This document shows positions 27,708 to 38,186 of a stretch of DNA of 64,000 nucleotides, one piece after another. This stretch comes from Infirmifilum sp. (GTDB lineage Archaea; Thermoproteota; Thermoprotei; Thermofilales; Thermofilaceae). The notes under the pieces are model-generated. The model was not told the DNA's origin. It was given only the letters and a program-made list of their open reading frames with translations, and made no database searches. The stretch is taken from positions 186,170 to 250,169 of the forward strand of contig JBEULP010000117.1 in NCBI GenBank assembly GCA_041287245.1, in the 5' to 3' direction. Each line of letters starts with the position of its first letter. Positions within the stretch are counted from its first letter, which is position 1. Both the position numbers and the translations under genes were made by a program.

Positions 27708-28547
27708 ATGGAAAAATCGAGTTTAGTTGAAAAAGCCCGTGAAATCTATAAGGACATTCCCATCGATTCATCTTCTCTTGAAACCTATGTAAAGCTTATG
27801 GAATTGCAAGAGAACTTACAGGGGCGTTTTCTCGAGAAATACACGGATGTTGACATTGAGAAGATAACTTCTTTGATGCGCGAGAATACACCTGCTTTTC
27901 TGGCAGTAGACCTAGGCCTAGATGAAGAGGAGCTAGGAGAAACTTTAAAGGCTATAACAGGCATGCTAAAAAAGGAACTCCCAGATACCGCAAAGTCTCT
28001 TGAGCGTTTAGAACAGGCATGGGATGATAAAGAACTAAGCATGGTTCAACTAGGGGAGAGTCTACTTCAAGGGGAGATAGCTTACGCTTATAAAAAAGCC
28101 GAGGAACTAGGAGTCGACCCTGAAATCTTGGAAGCCGTGGCGGCATGGGTCATACAGGTTTTGTTTCAAGCGTTAGAGAAGAAAATAAGTGAGAAAACAG
28201 ACTTTTCTGAGTGGAAACTTGGGAGGTGTCCCGTCTGCGGCGGCACTACTAGGCTTGAATATATAGACGAGCTCGGAGCTACACATTTAAAGTGTCAGTT
28301 CTGCGGAGCAGAATGGAACTATCCCAATGGAAAGTGCCCTAACTGTGGGAATGATCAGGCTCAAGGGATAACAGTAATACCAACCGACGAGAACAAGAGG
28401 TTCACGCTTAACATCTGCCACGAGTGCGGGATGTACTGGAAGGTTGTAGATGAACGTGTAGTGGGACACGATATACCAAGAAAGCTCTACGACTTGTGGA
28501 CTTTCAAGCTTGATTTGATTGCTAGCGGAGAGAAAAATCGGCAATAG
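27708..28547 (+). CDS. fdhE: Formate dehydrogenase accessory protein FdhE
   Basis: CPVCG, CQFCGAEW, CPNCGN, CHECGMYWK. Confidence 0.85.
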   Translation: MEKSSLVEKAREIYKDIPIDSSSLETYVKLMELQENLQGRFLEKYTDVDIEKITSLMRENTPAFLAVDLGLDEEELGETLKAITGMLKKELPDTAKSLERLEQAWDDKELSMVQLGESLLQGEIAYAYKKAEELGVDPEILEAVAAWVIQVLFQALEKKISEKTDFSEWKLGRCPVCGGTTRLEYIDELGATHLKCQFCGAEWNYPNGKCPNCGNDQAQGITVIPTDENKRFTLNICHECGMYWKVVDERVVGHDIPRKLYDLWTFKLDLIASGEKNRQ

Positions 28548-28563
28548 GGATTAGGGTTTACAA

Positions 28564-29889
28564 CTACCCTGAAACAGTGACTCCTCCGAAGAGCACGTCT
28601 GGAGTGTAAATCCCTGTATAAGTGTTTTTCACATTATGTGCCGGTTTGAGCGTATTAGCAATGGCGTAAATATTTCCTGATACTGTGACAGGTTTGACAG
28701 GGATAAGCTCACCGCCCCTCACAATATACGGGTTAGAAGCGACAACGCTAAAGTTACCCGTGATGTAATTAACAGTATGTACGCTTAGAAGGGAGCCATC
28801 AATAACGAGCAGAGAGTCGGAGATAAGGTCCTCCTCTTTTTGTTTGCCTCCTTTAACGATCAAGTTTGAACTAGATATCCCGACGATGCCTCTTCCTTTA
28901 CTCGCGTTTCCGGTTGACGAAACCTTCATCCTCCTCGCCGTATAGTTATTATGCAAGAAGGACCGGAGTGTTCCTCTATCGACAAGAATTGTTTTTCTCC
29001 TAGGTATACCCTCTGCATCGAACATTGAAGTAGATAAACCTCCCGGCATAGTACCGTCGTCTATTATTGTAAGATCACCTAGAACCTTTTCTCCAATCTT
29101 ATCTTTTAAGGGACTAAACCCCTCCAGGACGTTCAAGGCGTTGAATGCGGGTAACAACAGGTATGAGATAAGACTTGAGAGAGGCTCCGCGCGGAACAAC
29201 ACGTTACCCGAGAGTGTCTGTCCAAGTCGTTCAGCCTTAAGACTGTCAAGGGCCAAGGTTTTTGCTTTTTCGAGCATAGCCGCCGTGTCATAAATAAAGC
29301 TTCGCGAGGCGATCCAGGCGCTACCTGTTCCCTCGCGCGATCCGTCCGAGGACTTCAGCCATGCAAAGAGCTCCATACTTGTTCCTCGATCCTCAGCCTT
29401 TACACCTCTAGTGTTGTAAGTGTAGTACTTCATTACTGTGAGAGATCCTCCTATAGCCCCAACTTTAATTCGGGGGTCTATGTGTTCAGCCTCCACAATG
29501 ATATCCTTTACTATATCTGCTAACTGTTGAAGCTCTAAGGAGGCAACCCCCTCATCATATCCTACCCAGCTGTGCCTCGCAGGCTCTGGATCAGGCAACG
29601 CCTCCCAGTGGAGATCTTCTTCACTCTTCTTAGCCATTTCCACAGCACTAGCTATTGTCTTTTCCATGACACTCCAGTCAGCAGAGGTTGCAGTAGCTAT
29701 GGCGATTCTCTTACCCTGAGCCACTCTTACCCAAACCTCGGTGGCAACCTGAGAAAGTATCTTGGGATAAGGCCCCTCGGATTTAACAGTCTTAGACATG
29801 GCTGTCGAAACGCTTACTTCAGCCTCGCTGGCTCCTAGCTCCAGAGCGCGCTTGAGAGCTTTATCAATAAGATACGCGTGCTCCCCCAT
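28564..29889 (-). CDS. TldD/PmbA family protein (PmbA/TldE-like, lacks HExxxH)
   Basis: DDGTMPGG, FDAEG, STGNA, TGNFS. Confidence 0.88.
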   Translation of the reverse strand: MGEHAYLIDKALKRALELGASEAEVSVSTAMSKTVKSEGPYPKILSQVATEVWVRVAQGKRIAIATATSADWSVMEKTIASAVEMAKKSEEDLHWEALPDPEPARHSWVGYDEGVASLELQQLADIVKDIIVEAEHIDPRIKVGAIGGSLTVMKYYTYNTRGVKAEDRGTSMELFAWLKSSDGSREGTGSAWIASRSFIYDTAAMLEKAKTLALDSLKAERLGQTLSGNVLFRAEPLSSLISYLLLPAFNALNVLEGFSPLKDKIGEKVLGDLTIIDDGTMPGGLSTSMFDAEGIPRRKTILVDRGTLRSFLHNNYTARRMKVSSTGNASKGRGIVGISSSNLIVKGGKQKEEDLISDSLLVIDGSLLSVHTVNYITGNFSVVASNPYIVRGGELIPVKPVTVSGNIYAIANTLKPAHNVKNTYTGIYTPDVLFGGVTVSG

Positions 29890-29891
29890 TG

Positions 29892-31283
29892 TTATTCACC
29901 CCCCACCAGCAACCTTGTAGCCCTCAAGGTTGGTCCCCCGTCCCCGACGTGGACCATTTGACCAAACTTTCCGCAGCCGCCGAAAGGACTGGTGGATATT
30001 TCAACATTATCGGCAACAGCATCGATATACTTCAGCATTTCGAGAATGTTGCCTGCGAGAACCACATCTCGAACAGGTTCCTTGATCTCTCCATTTTCTA
30101 TAATGAAACCTATCCGAGCATTAAACGTGAACGTACCGTCTTCTTCGACCTGTCCTCCTGCTGGTTTATCAAGTATAAGTCCACGTTTCGTATCCCTTAT
30201 AATCTCCTCCTCCTTCCAATTGCCACCCTCGAAAAACGTGTTTCTCATCCTGACAATAACGTCATGGGCGAAGCTCTGAGCACGACCATTCCCCGTAGGC
30301 TCCATCCCCACTAGAGCAGCACTCTCCCTACTGTGAAGATACCCAGTTAGAATACCTTTGTCGACGAGAACAGTCCTCCTCGTCGGAGTACCCTCGTCAT
30401 CCACCATTAAAATGTAGCCTCCACGGCTATCATATCCGGAGTCGACAATGGTAACGAGCTCACTCGCTATCTTCTCGCCAAGCCTTCCAGTGAGCGGGCT
30501 TGTCTTTGCAAAAATGCTGTCACCCTCGGTAAGGTGTCCAAAGCTTTCGTGAGCGAATACTCCTGTGAGCTCAGGCCTCGTAATAACGACCTGCTCACCC
30601 GCCGGTGCTCTGCGTGCTTTGAGAGCGAGTCGAGCCATCTCCACAGCCTTTTCGGCAGCTTTCTCAGGTGCTCTTTCTCCCGAGAAATACTCAAGGCCAG
30701 AAGATGCTCCAAAGGTCTCAAAGCCGTCTCCCGTCTTTCCGTTTTCCTTGAAAACCACGGAGGCTGATACGCCGGTGACCAGTCTCTCAGAACTTACTTT
30801 CACTCCGTCTAGAGAGTATACCTCGATTATTCCGTAGTAGGCGCCATATCTAGAGGTTGCAGTTGAAGCTCCTTTCTCCTTCGCAACATTATAAGCTCTT
30901 TTCACAAGGTCAATTTTCTCGTCTAGTGGGACGCTTGAAGGGTGAAGTCTTGTTCCAGATATCACATAGTCCTTTTGAGGACTCTGTATTTCTGATAATT
31001 TCTTTTCACCTTTTCCCAGGGCTCGTGCCGATTTCACCGCCTCCTGTAAGGCGCTCCTAAGCCCCTCTTTATCGAGGGAGGTTGTTGATGAGAAGCCGAT
31101 GCTTCCATCTACTAATACTCTTATAGCTACGCCTCTCGATATGGAAGTGCTTAGAGACGAGATACGGCCATTAACGTATTGGATAAACTCTCTCGTAGTA
31201 TTCTCAAATCGAACGTCCGCAAAATTTACTCCTTCTTGAGAGGCAATTTTCAAGACAAAGGTGGCTAGGTCTTCGAACATCAT
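29892..31283 (-). CDS. tldD: TldD metalloprotease
   Basis: HESFGH zinc motif, DDEG, GNGRA, RMRNT, CGK.GQ. Confidence 0.9.
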   Translation of the reverse strand: MMFEDLATFVLKIASQEGVNFADVRFENTTREFIQYVNGRISSLSTSISRGVAIRVLVDGSIGFSSTTSLDKEGLRSALQEAVKSARALGKGEKKLSEIQSPQKDYVISGTRLHPSSVPLDEKIDLVKRAYNVAKEKGASTATSRYGAYYGIIEVYSLDGVKVSSERLVTGVSASVVFKENGKTGDGFETFGASSGLEYFSGERAPEKAAEKAVEMARLALKARRAPAGEQVVITRPELTGVFAHESFGHLTEGDSIFAKTSPLTGRLGEKIASELVTIVDSGYDSRGGYILMVDDEGTPTRRTVLVDKGILTGYLHSRESAALVGMEPTGNGRAQSFAHDVIVRMRNTFFEGGNWKEEEIIRDTKRGLILDKPAGGQVEEDGTFTFNARIGFIIENGEIKEPVRDVVLAGNILEMLKYIDAVADNVEISTSPFGGCGKFGQMVHVGDGGPTLRATRLLVGGE

Positions 31284-31329
31284 AGGTGAATATCGCAAGA
31301 CACATAAATAGTTTACATATGCGCGGGCA

Positions 31330-31364
31330 GAAAGCCTCGCCCTCTAGGGCGGGTAGAAAGTTAG
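31330..31364 (+). mobile_element. Degenerate IS200/IS605 right-end hairpin (scar)
   Basis: GAAAGCCTCGCCCTCTAGGGCGGGTAGAAAGTTAG, similar to the copy at 19504-19537. Confidence 0.6.
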
Positions 31365-32202
31365 TGGTTTTCGTGTCCGTCTAACGAAGAACTACTTGAG
31401 CTGGCTAGAAGAGGATAAAGAGCAGTGGTAGATCTCACGGAAAACGAGTGTTCATATGAAAACCGAGAAGGTATTAATAAGATTTCATTTCCTATAAGAG
31501 ACTTCTCTTTCCGCTCCCCCGAAAGCGTTGTTCAAAACGTGGTTGAGCCGATAAGGCGAATTCTAGCGGCAGACGGAGACGTTTTGATACACTGCATGGG
31601 GGATAGGTAGGAGTGGGACACTTGCAGCTATGCTTCTCATCACATTTGATGGTATGACACTGGAAGGAGCGTTGTCTAGAGTTAGAAGGCTTGGTGATCC
31701 TCTGGTCCCAGCGCAACTCGTAGCCCTAACCTGGTTTGAGAGGAATACGAGTATGATGGGATACGAGAAATATTTGAAGTTATCCAGAGCTTTAACCCTA
31801 GCGGCTAAGGATAACATTGACCCCGCCTCCTCAAGAATTAACTTAACGATTGACATACTTGTCGAGGTTGGAATTATTAAATCTGAGGGAGGTTTAGAAG
31901 AAACATATGCTTATCTCTTAAAAAACTAGAAGGGGGGTAATGGTGGAACGCGCTACACTTTAAGAGAGCTTAACAGAGAAAAGCCTCTTGTTGAAACAGT
32001 CTTCGAATTCGCAGGATACTTCGGGAATGTTTTCGAAGGAGAGGGGTTCTATCTAGGTATCGGGAAGGAAGACGAGAAAATCATCCTGCTTTTCAATGGA
32101 CTGTTCTCCCAGGATAAGAGGATAGAATTGGTGAGGAAAGGCGTTGAGCTCCTGGCAGGTTATGGCGTCAAGTTAGAGCTTGAAGAGAAATACGGATGGT
32201 AA
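31365..32202 (+). pseudogene. Dual-specificity/tyrosine protein phosphatase pseudogene
   Basis: HCMG(G)IGRSGT signature broken by a frameshift in G5 run 31598-31602; in-frame TAA 31416-31418 and TAG 31927-31929; frame then continues 91 codons to 32202; 5' end missing. Confidence 0.8.
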
Positions 32203-32279
32203 GGGGAAATAGCTAAATACTTCTCAAAAAGGTTGCTTATGTAAAAGTTTAAACGGGTGGAGCGAGTAGAAAGGGCAGG

Positions 32280-33365
32280 ATGGGCGCATTTCCAAAACCT
32301 AATATTCGAGAAGCTTTATTTTGGGAAAAAATAGAGGGAAAACCAGGGTATGTGAAGTGCAATCTTTGTAGTCGTCGGTGCGTCATAGCCCCTGGAAGGT
32401 TTGGAGTCTGCGGTGTCAGGAAAAATATAGATGGCAAGTTGTATACCTATGTCTATGGTTTGCTAACAGCTGCAAATTTAGACCCCATCGAGAAAAAGCC
32501 TCTGTCACACTTTAACCCAGGTAGTGCTGTGTTCTCTATATCCACACCGGGCTGTAACTTTTTCTGCAAGTTTTGCCAGAACTGGGAGATAAGTCAGAGT
32601 AGGTTAGAGGCGGGGCTATATGGAATGCAGTATACGCCTGAGAGGGTTGTGGAGGAAGCTTTAAGATTAAAGGCGGACGGAATCTCTTACACATACAATG
32701 AACCGACGATCTTCTATGAGTTTATGCTTGACACTGCCAAGCTAGCGAAGAGCCACGGGCTTTTCAACACTATGGTTACTAATGGTTACATTACCCCAGA
32801 AGCTCTGGAGGAACTGGCTAAATATATGGATGCGGCTACAGTTGACTTTAAAGGTAATGCTAATCCAGAGTTTTACAGAAAGTTCATGGGTGTGCCTTCT
32901 CCTGATCCAATCTTTGAGACTCTGCTTGTAATGAAGGAAAAGGGAATGCATATTGAAATTACTAACCTTGTAGTTCCTCTTGTCGGAGACGACGAGGGAG
33001 ACCTTCGTAAGCTTGCCCGTTGGGTTGTTGAAAACCTAGGTGACGAGACGCCTTTTCACCTTCTCCGCTTTTATCCACATTACAAGATGCTTGATTATCC
33101 CCCGACCGATGTAGAGAGGCTAGACAGCCTATCACTCATAGCACGAGAAGAAGGCTTAAAACACATATATATAGGAAATGTGTGGGGGCATCCATTGGAA
33201 CACACGTATTGTCCAAACTGCGGGTTTAGAGTTATTGAGCGTAGAGGGTTCTTTATAACTAGATGGAACCTAACCGAGGACAACAGATGCCCAAAATGTG
33301 GGTATAAGTTGAACATTAAAGGCACATATAAAAAGAGAAGATGGAGTGATGAGTATTTCTTCTAG
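32280..33365 (+). CDS. amrS: AmmeMemoRadiSam system radical SAM enzyme
   Basis: CNLCSRRC, DPIEKKPL, CNFFCKFCQNWEISQ, YTYNEP, TYCPNCG. Confidence 0.9.
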   Translation: MGAFPKPNIREALFWEKIEGKPGYVKCNLCSRRCVIAPGRFGVCGVRKNIDGKLYTYVYGLLTAANLDPIEKKPLSHFNPGSAVFSISTPGCNFFCKFCQNWEISQSRLEAGLYGMQYTPERVVEEALRLKADGISYTYNEPTIFYEFMLDTAKLAKSHGLFNTMVTNGYITPEALEELAKYMDAATVDFKGNANPEFYRKFMGVPSPDPIFETLLVMKEKGMHIEITNLVVPLVGDDEGDLRKLARWVVENLGDETPFHLLRFYPHYKMLDYPPTDVERLDSLSLIAREEGLKHIYIGNVWGHPLEHTYCPNCGFRVIERRGFFITRWNLTEDNRCPKCGYKLNIKGTYKKRRWSDEYFF

Positions 33366-34366
33366 TGAAGCTTAATAGACAAGCCCTTGCTTTCCTTCTT
33401 GCCAGGAACCTCCAAGTGTCTCCAATCAGATACGCTAGTAATTTTTTTCCCACGCTTGCCCATAATGTAGGCATATGCGCTCAGGGCAGCACATGCTCCC
33501 ATTCCGGCTGCAATAACAGCTTGTTTATGGGGCATTTCAGCTACGTCTCCTGCAGCGAAAACGCCCTCTCTGCTTGTCTTGCACTCTTTGTCTACAATTA
33601 CTTCTCCTTTTTCGTTAAGTTCAACAAAACCTCGCAGAAACTCTGTTTTCGTCACATAACCCATCTCAACGAAAACACCGTCAACTTGCAGTTCTCGTAG
33701 TTCTCCAGTTTTCTTTTTCTTTACAATTAGAGCTTCGACCTTACGGCTACCTTTAACCTCAAAGGGCGTGGTCTCAGGCACAAGTTCAACATTACCTTTG
33801 CTCAACGCCTCTCGGAGGAGATCCTCGTCGTCAAAAGGTTTTTCACCCGGGAAGACCCAGTAGACCTTAGTCGCATAATCTCGAAGCCTGATTATGTTCT
33901 CGTAGTTATGCAGTCCCCAGCCAACCAAAGCAACGGTTTTCCCGCGATAAAGTGGGGCGTCGCATATAACGCAATAGGAAATGCCCCTCCCCTTTAGCTC
34001 TCTCTCCCCTGGTACTCCCATCTCCTTCGGGGACTTGCCAAACGCCAATACTACAGCATCAGCCTCAAAGATAGCGCCAGTGGCTGTTTTTAGAGCGAAG
34101 TTCCCTTCTTTTTCCCCTATCTCGACAACCTCGTCAAATACTATCTTTGCGCCATACAATTTAGCTTGCTCTTCAACCTTCTTTATTAACTCTAATCCAC
34201 CTATGCTAATGAAGCCCGGATAGTTTTGTATTTCTGATGTGAGGAGAAGCTGTCCTCCAAGGTCGGCGCTGATCACAAGAGTGTTTAGCTTTTGCCTTGC
34301 AGCATACAACGCGGCTGTTAAACCCGCTATACCTGCACCCACTATTACTATATCATGCTTAGACAT
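33362..34366 (-). CDS. trxB: Thioredoxin-disulfide reductase
   Basis: GAGIAG, LGGQ, SYCVICD, VFAAGDV, QAVIAAGMG. Confidence 0.88.
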   Translation of the reverse strand: MSKHDIVIVGAGIAGLTAALYAARQKLNTLVISADLGGQLLLTSEIQNYPGFISIGGLELIKKVEEQAKLYGAKIVFDEVVEIGEKEGNFALKTATGAIFEADAVVLAFGKSPKEMGVPGERELKGRGISYCVICDAPLYRGKTVALVGWGLHNYENIIRLRDYATKVYWVFPGEKPFDDEDLLREALSKGNVELVPETTPFEVKGSRKVEALIVKKKKTGELRELQVDGVFVEMGYVTKTEFLRGFVELNEKGEVIVDKECKTSREGVFAAGDVAEMPHKQAVIAAGMGACAALSAYAYIMGKRGKKITSVSDWRHLEVPGKKESKGLSIKLH

Positions 34367-34463
34367 GAAGTGTACCCCGTCGTATAAGCTTAGCAATCTA
34401 TAAAAAAACTTTTTCCAGGTTATAGAGAAAACTTTATACTCGACACTAGAGTTTCGCCTCTAA

Positions 34464-34910
34464 GTGATTTTGATGGTTTACGAGCAACGTAGCGCCCATG
34501 GTCTCGCCGTGGAGGGTGTTACGGCACTGGTGATAATTGCGGTTCTCCTGTTCCTTTTTTCAACAAGCCTGTGGATATCGATACCTCAAACGTCAAAGAT
34601 ACAACTAGGGGATTTCATAATAATTATCCTGACAGCTTTGTTTATACAGAGGTCGGAGCATCTTGTTTCTCCTCTTTCAGCCGTCACATCCCTAGCTCTA
34701 CACATAGATATTAAGAGAACGTCTGCTGTAATACAGGGTTTTCTAAGGTTTCTCTCAATAACCGTTGCTTATTTCTCCCTGAAAAGAACTAGTATTAATC
34801 TTCTAACAATGGTCCTTGATTATACAAATTCTCATATTATCTACGATGCCGTATTTATCACACTCCTACTACTCCACCTTTATTACACAGTTAAGAAGCT
34901 TGTCCGCTAG
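34464..34910 (+). CDS. Hypothetical four-TM membrane protein
   Basis: Four hydrophobic segments. Confidence 0.7.
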   Translation: MILMVYEQRSAHGLAVEGVTALVIIAVLLFLFSTSLWISIPQTSKIQLGDFIIIILTALFIQRSEHLVSPLSAVTSLALHIDIKRTSAVIQGFLRFLSITVAYFSLKRTSINLLTMVLDYTNSHIIYDAVFITLLLLHLYYTVKKLVR

Positions 34911-35448
34911 GCGAGTCTAGGCGCCTCTTCAAGTATAATTCTAGATAGGTTTCAGGTACAAGCTCTTGGAGTCCCAGCTTAGTGGCAACCTCTCTTATCT
35001 TGTGTTCCCCCGCACCCTTATCCTCAATCTCAACAAAATTTCCTAAATCCTCTACCTTGTCCAGCGAGACTTCCACGCCCTCTAAAAGGTAGAATTCTCT
35101 GTGCTTAGCTATTCGTGCTACAACCTTGAACCCCAGCTTATCTAACACTAGAAGAAGCTCGTTTAGCTTGTCAACCTTCACGACAAGCTCAACCCTTGTC
35201 TTAGCCCACCCCTCCTTTCTTGGCCCCTTGTATGTAAGCTCTATATCTTCTTGTCCTGTAAGAGTGGACTTTATATGCCTAACTCTTAAAGCCTCGTCAC
35301 TCTGCTGGAAATCTCTACAGGGGTGTTGAAGATAGATATCTAACATCTCAACAGTGTCCACATATTCGGAATGCATGGATCTAAGCTTATTCCTTATACC
35401 CTCCGGGTCGGTACATCTAAACTTAACTTCTACCTCTGCAGGCTCCAT
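34891..35448 (-). CDS. cyaB: CYTH domain protein (class IV adenylate cyclase/triphosphatase)
   Basis: EVEVK, DEALRVR, LTYKGP, R.E, KHRE, LDKVEDLGNFVEIE. Confidence 0.88.
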   Translation of the reverse strand: MEPAEVEVKFRCTDPEGIRNKLRSMHSEYVDTVEMLDIYLQHPCRDFQQSDEALRVRHIKSTLTGQEDIELTYKGPRKEGWAKTRVELVVKVDKLNELLLVLDKLGFKVVARIAKHREFYLLEGVEVSLDKVEDLGNFVEIEDKGAGEHKIREVATKLGLQELVPETYLELYLKRRLDSPSGQAS

Positions 35449-35452
35449 GTTC

Positions 35453-35878
35453 TTACTCTTCGGAACTTATCACAACAATGTTCTTTAAATTTTCCGCCAT
35501 ATTATTAATGGTGTAAGAGAGCTTTAAAAGGAGAGCGGCGGAATCCATAGCCTTGCAGGAGTCATGCGACTTAATGGCATCCGATATGTCCATTAAAGCC
35601 TGAGAAATCATGTTCTTAACATTCTCAACAACCTGTTCTGTTCTACCCCGGTATTCTATCGATAAAGGCATTGAAGAAACCCTGAGAAACGAGGATAAGG
35701 CATCGGCTAGAGTGTAAAGAGCATTACTAAGCACGAAATAATAGTTTTCATCTGTAATAAGCCCAATTGAGAGCAAAACCATGCCTATATTTCTCATCTG
35801 CTGAGGATCAATAACGTTACTCTTCACGTCCCGTGAAGCTTCGATAATTATTTTCTCAACACCCTTTTCCACATCCAT
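35453..35878 (-). CDS. Hypothetical helical protein
   Basis: 141-aa ORF tightly linked to the CYTH gene. Confidence 0.7.
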   Translation of the reverse strand: MDVEKGVEKIIIEASRDVKSNVIDPQQMRNIGMVLLSIGLITDENYYFVLSNALYTLADALSSFLRVSSMPLSIEYRGRTEQVVENVKNMISQALMDISDAIKSHDSCKAMDSAALLLKLSYTINNMAENLKNIVVISSEE

Positions 35879-36159
35879 AACCCTACCCTCGACTCTCCAA
35901 GCTCCAACATACTTGAACGGTATAACCTGTATATTATCTTCTTAGTTTCCTCGATTTCCCGGAGCGTCGCATGAATATCTTCTGCGGTTTCTTTTTCTTC
36001 CGTACACTTTAGAAGTTTTTTCAAATGAGTCTCGGTAACCACCAGTTCAAGTGCTAGCGACTCTAAGTCTTCAATCGTAGGTCCCCTAGCTATGATACCA
36101 GCTAGTTTACGGGTGAAGTAACCCGGTGGGCATTTCTTCTTGTTTATTTTCTGCTCCAT
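35848..36159 (-). CDS. Hypothetical protein
   Basis: 103-aa ORF overlapping the downstream gene. Confidence 0.6.
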   Translation of the reverse strand: MEQKINKKKCPPGYFTRKLAGIIARGPTIEDLESLALELVVTETHLKKLLKCTEEKETAEDIHATLREIEETKKIIYRLYRSSMLELGESRVGLWMWKRVLRK

Positions 36160-36301
36160 TGTACGCTCTCTAAATCACAGAGGAACCAAATAAAACTTTT
36201 CGTGGGCATAAGAACTGAGATCCATTTTATTTCAACTATTTTATATTTTAAAAAAGATATTTTTATAAAACGCTTTTACGAAACCTTGTGCAGGGGCTAG
36301 A

Positions 36302-37366
36302 ATGATTGTTGACGACCAGGCACTTTCATCTATTGCTCGCGGGGGGATAGCTCTAAAGCTTTATCCTAATGAATGGGAGGTTATTTCAGCTGCGACTAAA
36401 GCTCTTACGATTTCAAAGATCTCAGAAGCCACGAAGCTTCCCTATAGCACTGTTATAGACGTAGTTAAAAGGCTGGCAAAGCGAAACATCAATCTTTCCT
36501 TTGTCCCGAATTATGAGAAAATAGGCTTGAAGTCGCTATTTCTTTTATTTGAGGAAAAGCCGATAAGAAATTTTCCAGTATATACATTGTCTGTCTATAA
36601 GATAATAGGTAGGAAACGCTACTTGGGGGTTGAGGCTCTAGTACCTGAAAGGTACCTTGATGATTATATCTCACTGTTTTCGGGAGAGCCAGCCTATTCT
36701 TTAAGCACGTTTGAGGTTAAATATTGGACTCCTTTAGGAAAACTAACACAGTATTATCCCCGTCTAGGTCTTTTATTACCTGATAGTAAACACCTTATGG
36801 ACGTGTTACGTGAAGCAAGTGTGCCTCCGAGCCCCCAGGAAAAGAAATGGATCGACTGGGTTGATCTAGTTGTACTGTATTTTAAGGTGAAGTATGCCTT
36901 CACAAAACTAAGTTCCATGTTAACCCTTGTGAGACAGTTTTTCGGAGTTGACCCACCCAGCAGACAATTAATGAGCTACCACTACAGGACGCATGTAACT
37001 GCTCTCTGGAGTTACAACTGCCCAACTTTTCGCCTTAATACTTCTCTTATACCTCTCAAGCTTTTTGTATTTGGAGGCAAAGAAGGGGAAACTGCGGCAC
37101 GTGTCTTAGTTCAAGCTCCATATATGTATGAGGCACTGGTAGGCGAATCTACTGCAGTGGTGCTTGGACAGCCTCCCAGCTATTTAGAACCCTTAATACA
37201 TACTGTGATGAACATGACCACTCCCGAACTACTTTTCGGGCCACTTCTCATTAGTAGCGAACGCTCAACCCCATGGATAACTGCTAAGGTAGTTGAGTCT
37301 TACAGGGTTAAGGGTGAGTTCCCAGATCCTACAGTGGACGGTTTCTCATTTGAAAATATTTATTAA
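36302..37366 (+). CDS. Crenarchaeal HTH regulator, Lrp/AsnC-related with duplicated architecture
   Basis: ISKISEATKLPYSTV HTH, PNYEKIGL linker, second HTH-like SRQLMSYHY. Confidence 0.65.
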   Translation: MIVDDQALSSIARGGIALKLYPNEWEVISAATKALTISKISEATKLPYSTVIDVVKRLAKRNINLSFVPNYEKIGLKSLFLLFEEKPIRNFPVYTLSVYKIIGRKRYLGVEALVPERYLDDYISLFSGEPAYSLSTFEVKYWTPLGKLTQYYPRLGLLLPDSKHLMDVLREASVPPSPQEKKWIDWVDLVVLYFKVKYAFTKLSSMLTLVRQFFGVDPPSRQLMSYHYRTHVTALWSYNCPTFRLNTSLIPLKLFVFGGKEGETAARVLVQAPYMYEALVGESTAVVLGQPPSYLEPLIHTVMNMTTPELLFGPLLISSERSTPWITAKVVESYRVKGEFPDPTVDGFSFENIY

Positions 37367-37390
37367 TAAGCCATAGTAATAATTACAATC

Positions 37391-37807
37391 GTGGAGTGCC
37401 TCAGGCCTGAAGAAACAGTTGAAATTCTAAGTAAAGAACTTGAGAAAGAGGGATACCTTAACATCCCCTCGGAAGACGCTAAAACTTTAATAATTTACTC
37501 ACCTATAGTAACATCCTCAATTCTATTTGTGAGAATAGAGGAAGGTGTTACGCGATATATTCTTCCTTATAATAAGGGGAATAGCCAGTTTCTCCTTGAA
37601 AGATTAAAGAGTGCCTCCTTTAATAACTGTATAATTGAAACCCTAAGTTTAACTGAGGGGGTTGAAGGGATTGAAATTGCTTGCCTAAACGTTGGCATCA
37701 TAGATGCAGCTAAAATAAAAGAGATGATCGGTCGTATAGTGGGAAGTGTATTGGATTTAAAACAGGTCAAGGAGGACGCACTTATTCAAACAGACATTAT
37801 GATCTAG
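37391..37807 (+). CDS. Hypothetical protein
   Basis: 138-aa ORF. Confidence 0.6.
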   Translation: MECLRPEETVEILSKELEKEGYLNIPSEDAKTLIIYSPIVTSSILFVRIEEGVTRYILPYNKGNSQFLLERLKSASFNNCIIETLSLTEGVEGIEIACLNVGIIDAAKIKEMIGRIVGSVLDLKQVKEDALIQTDIMI

Positions 37808-38186
37808 CTAAACGCCTCTTTAGATATTTTTCTTTGAGTAGCTTAACCTTCTTATTATTAACAATACTCCCATGGGGCCTTAGCCCTCCGGAAAAGCTGC
37901 TTGGAATGTGGAGAAGCTCATGAATAACGACCTCTACCTTTTTTTCAAAGACGAGTCTGTCGAATCTTTCAGAAACAACTTCAATAACGTAAAGGGGTTG
38001 AAGATTAAAAGCTACCTGAAATGGCCTCGGCAAACCATATATCCGCGCAACAGCCATGCTATGAGAACCATAGCTCCTCAAAAAGCCTAGATTTTCTATT
38101 CGTATCCACTTCATCTTCAGTTTTTTCACAATATCTTGTGCGAGGAGTTTAACATCCTCAGCCGGCTCATATTTAACGCGAGGCAT
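37797..38186 (-). CDS. Putative zinc metallopeptidase
   Basis: IHELLHIP HExxH, ARIYGL, GGLRPH. Confidence 0.82.
   Translation of the reverse strand: MPRVKYEPAEDVKLLAQDIVKKLKMKWIRIENLGFLRSYGSHSMAVARIYGLPRPFQVAFNLQPLYVIEVVSERFDRLVFEKKVEVVIHELLHIPSSFSGGLRPHGSIVNNKKVKLLKEKYLKRRLARS

Noticed and set aside
29572-31060. Multiple antisense ORFs within tldD/pmbA, and similar ones inside gdhA, trxB and others
   Set aside because: Shadow ORFs opposite well-supported genes, with no motifs
31927-31929. In-frame TAG as pyrrolysine readthrough
   Set aside because: The same gene has a TAA and a catalytic-loop frameshift; no pyl genes seen
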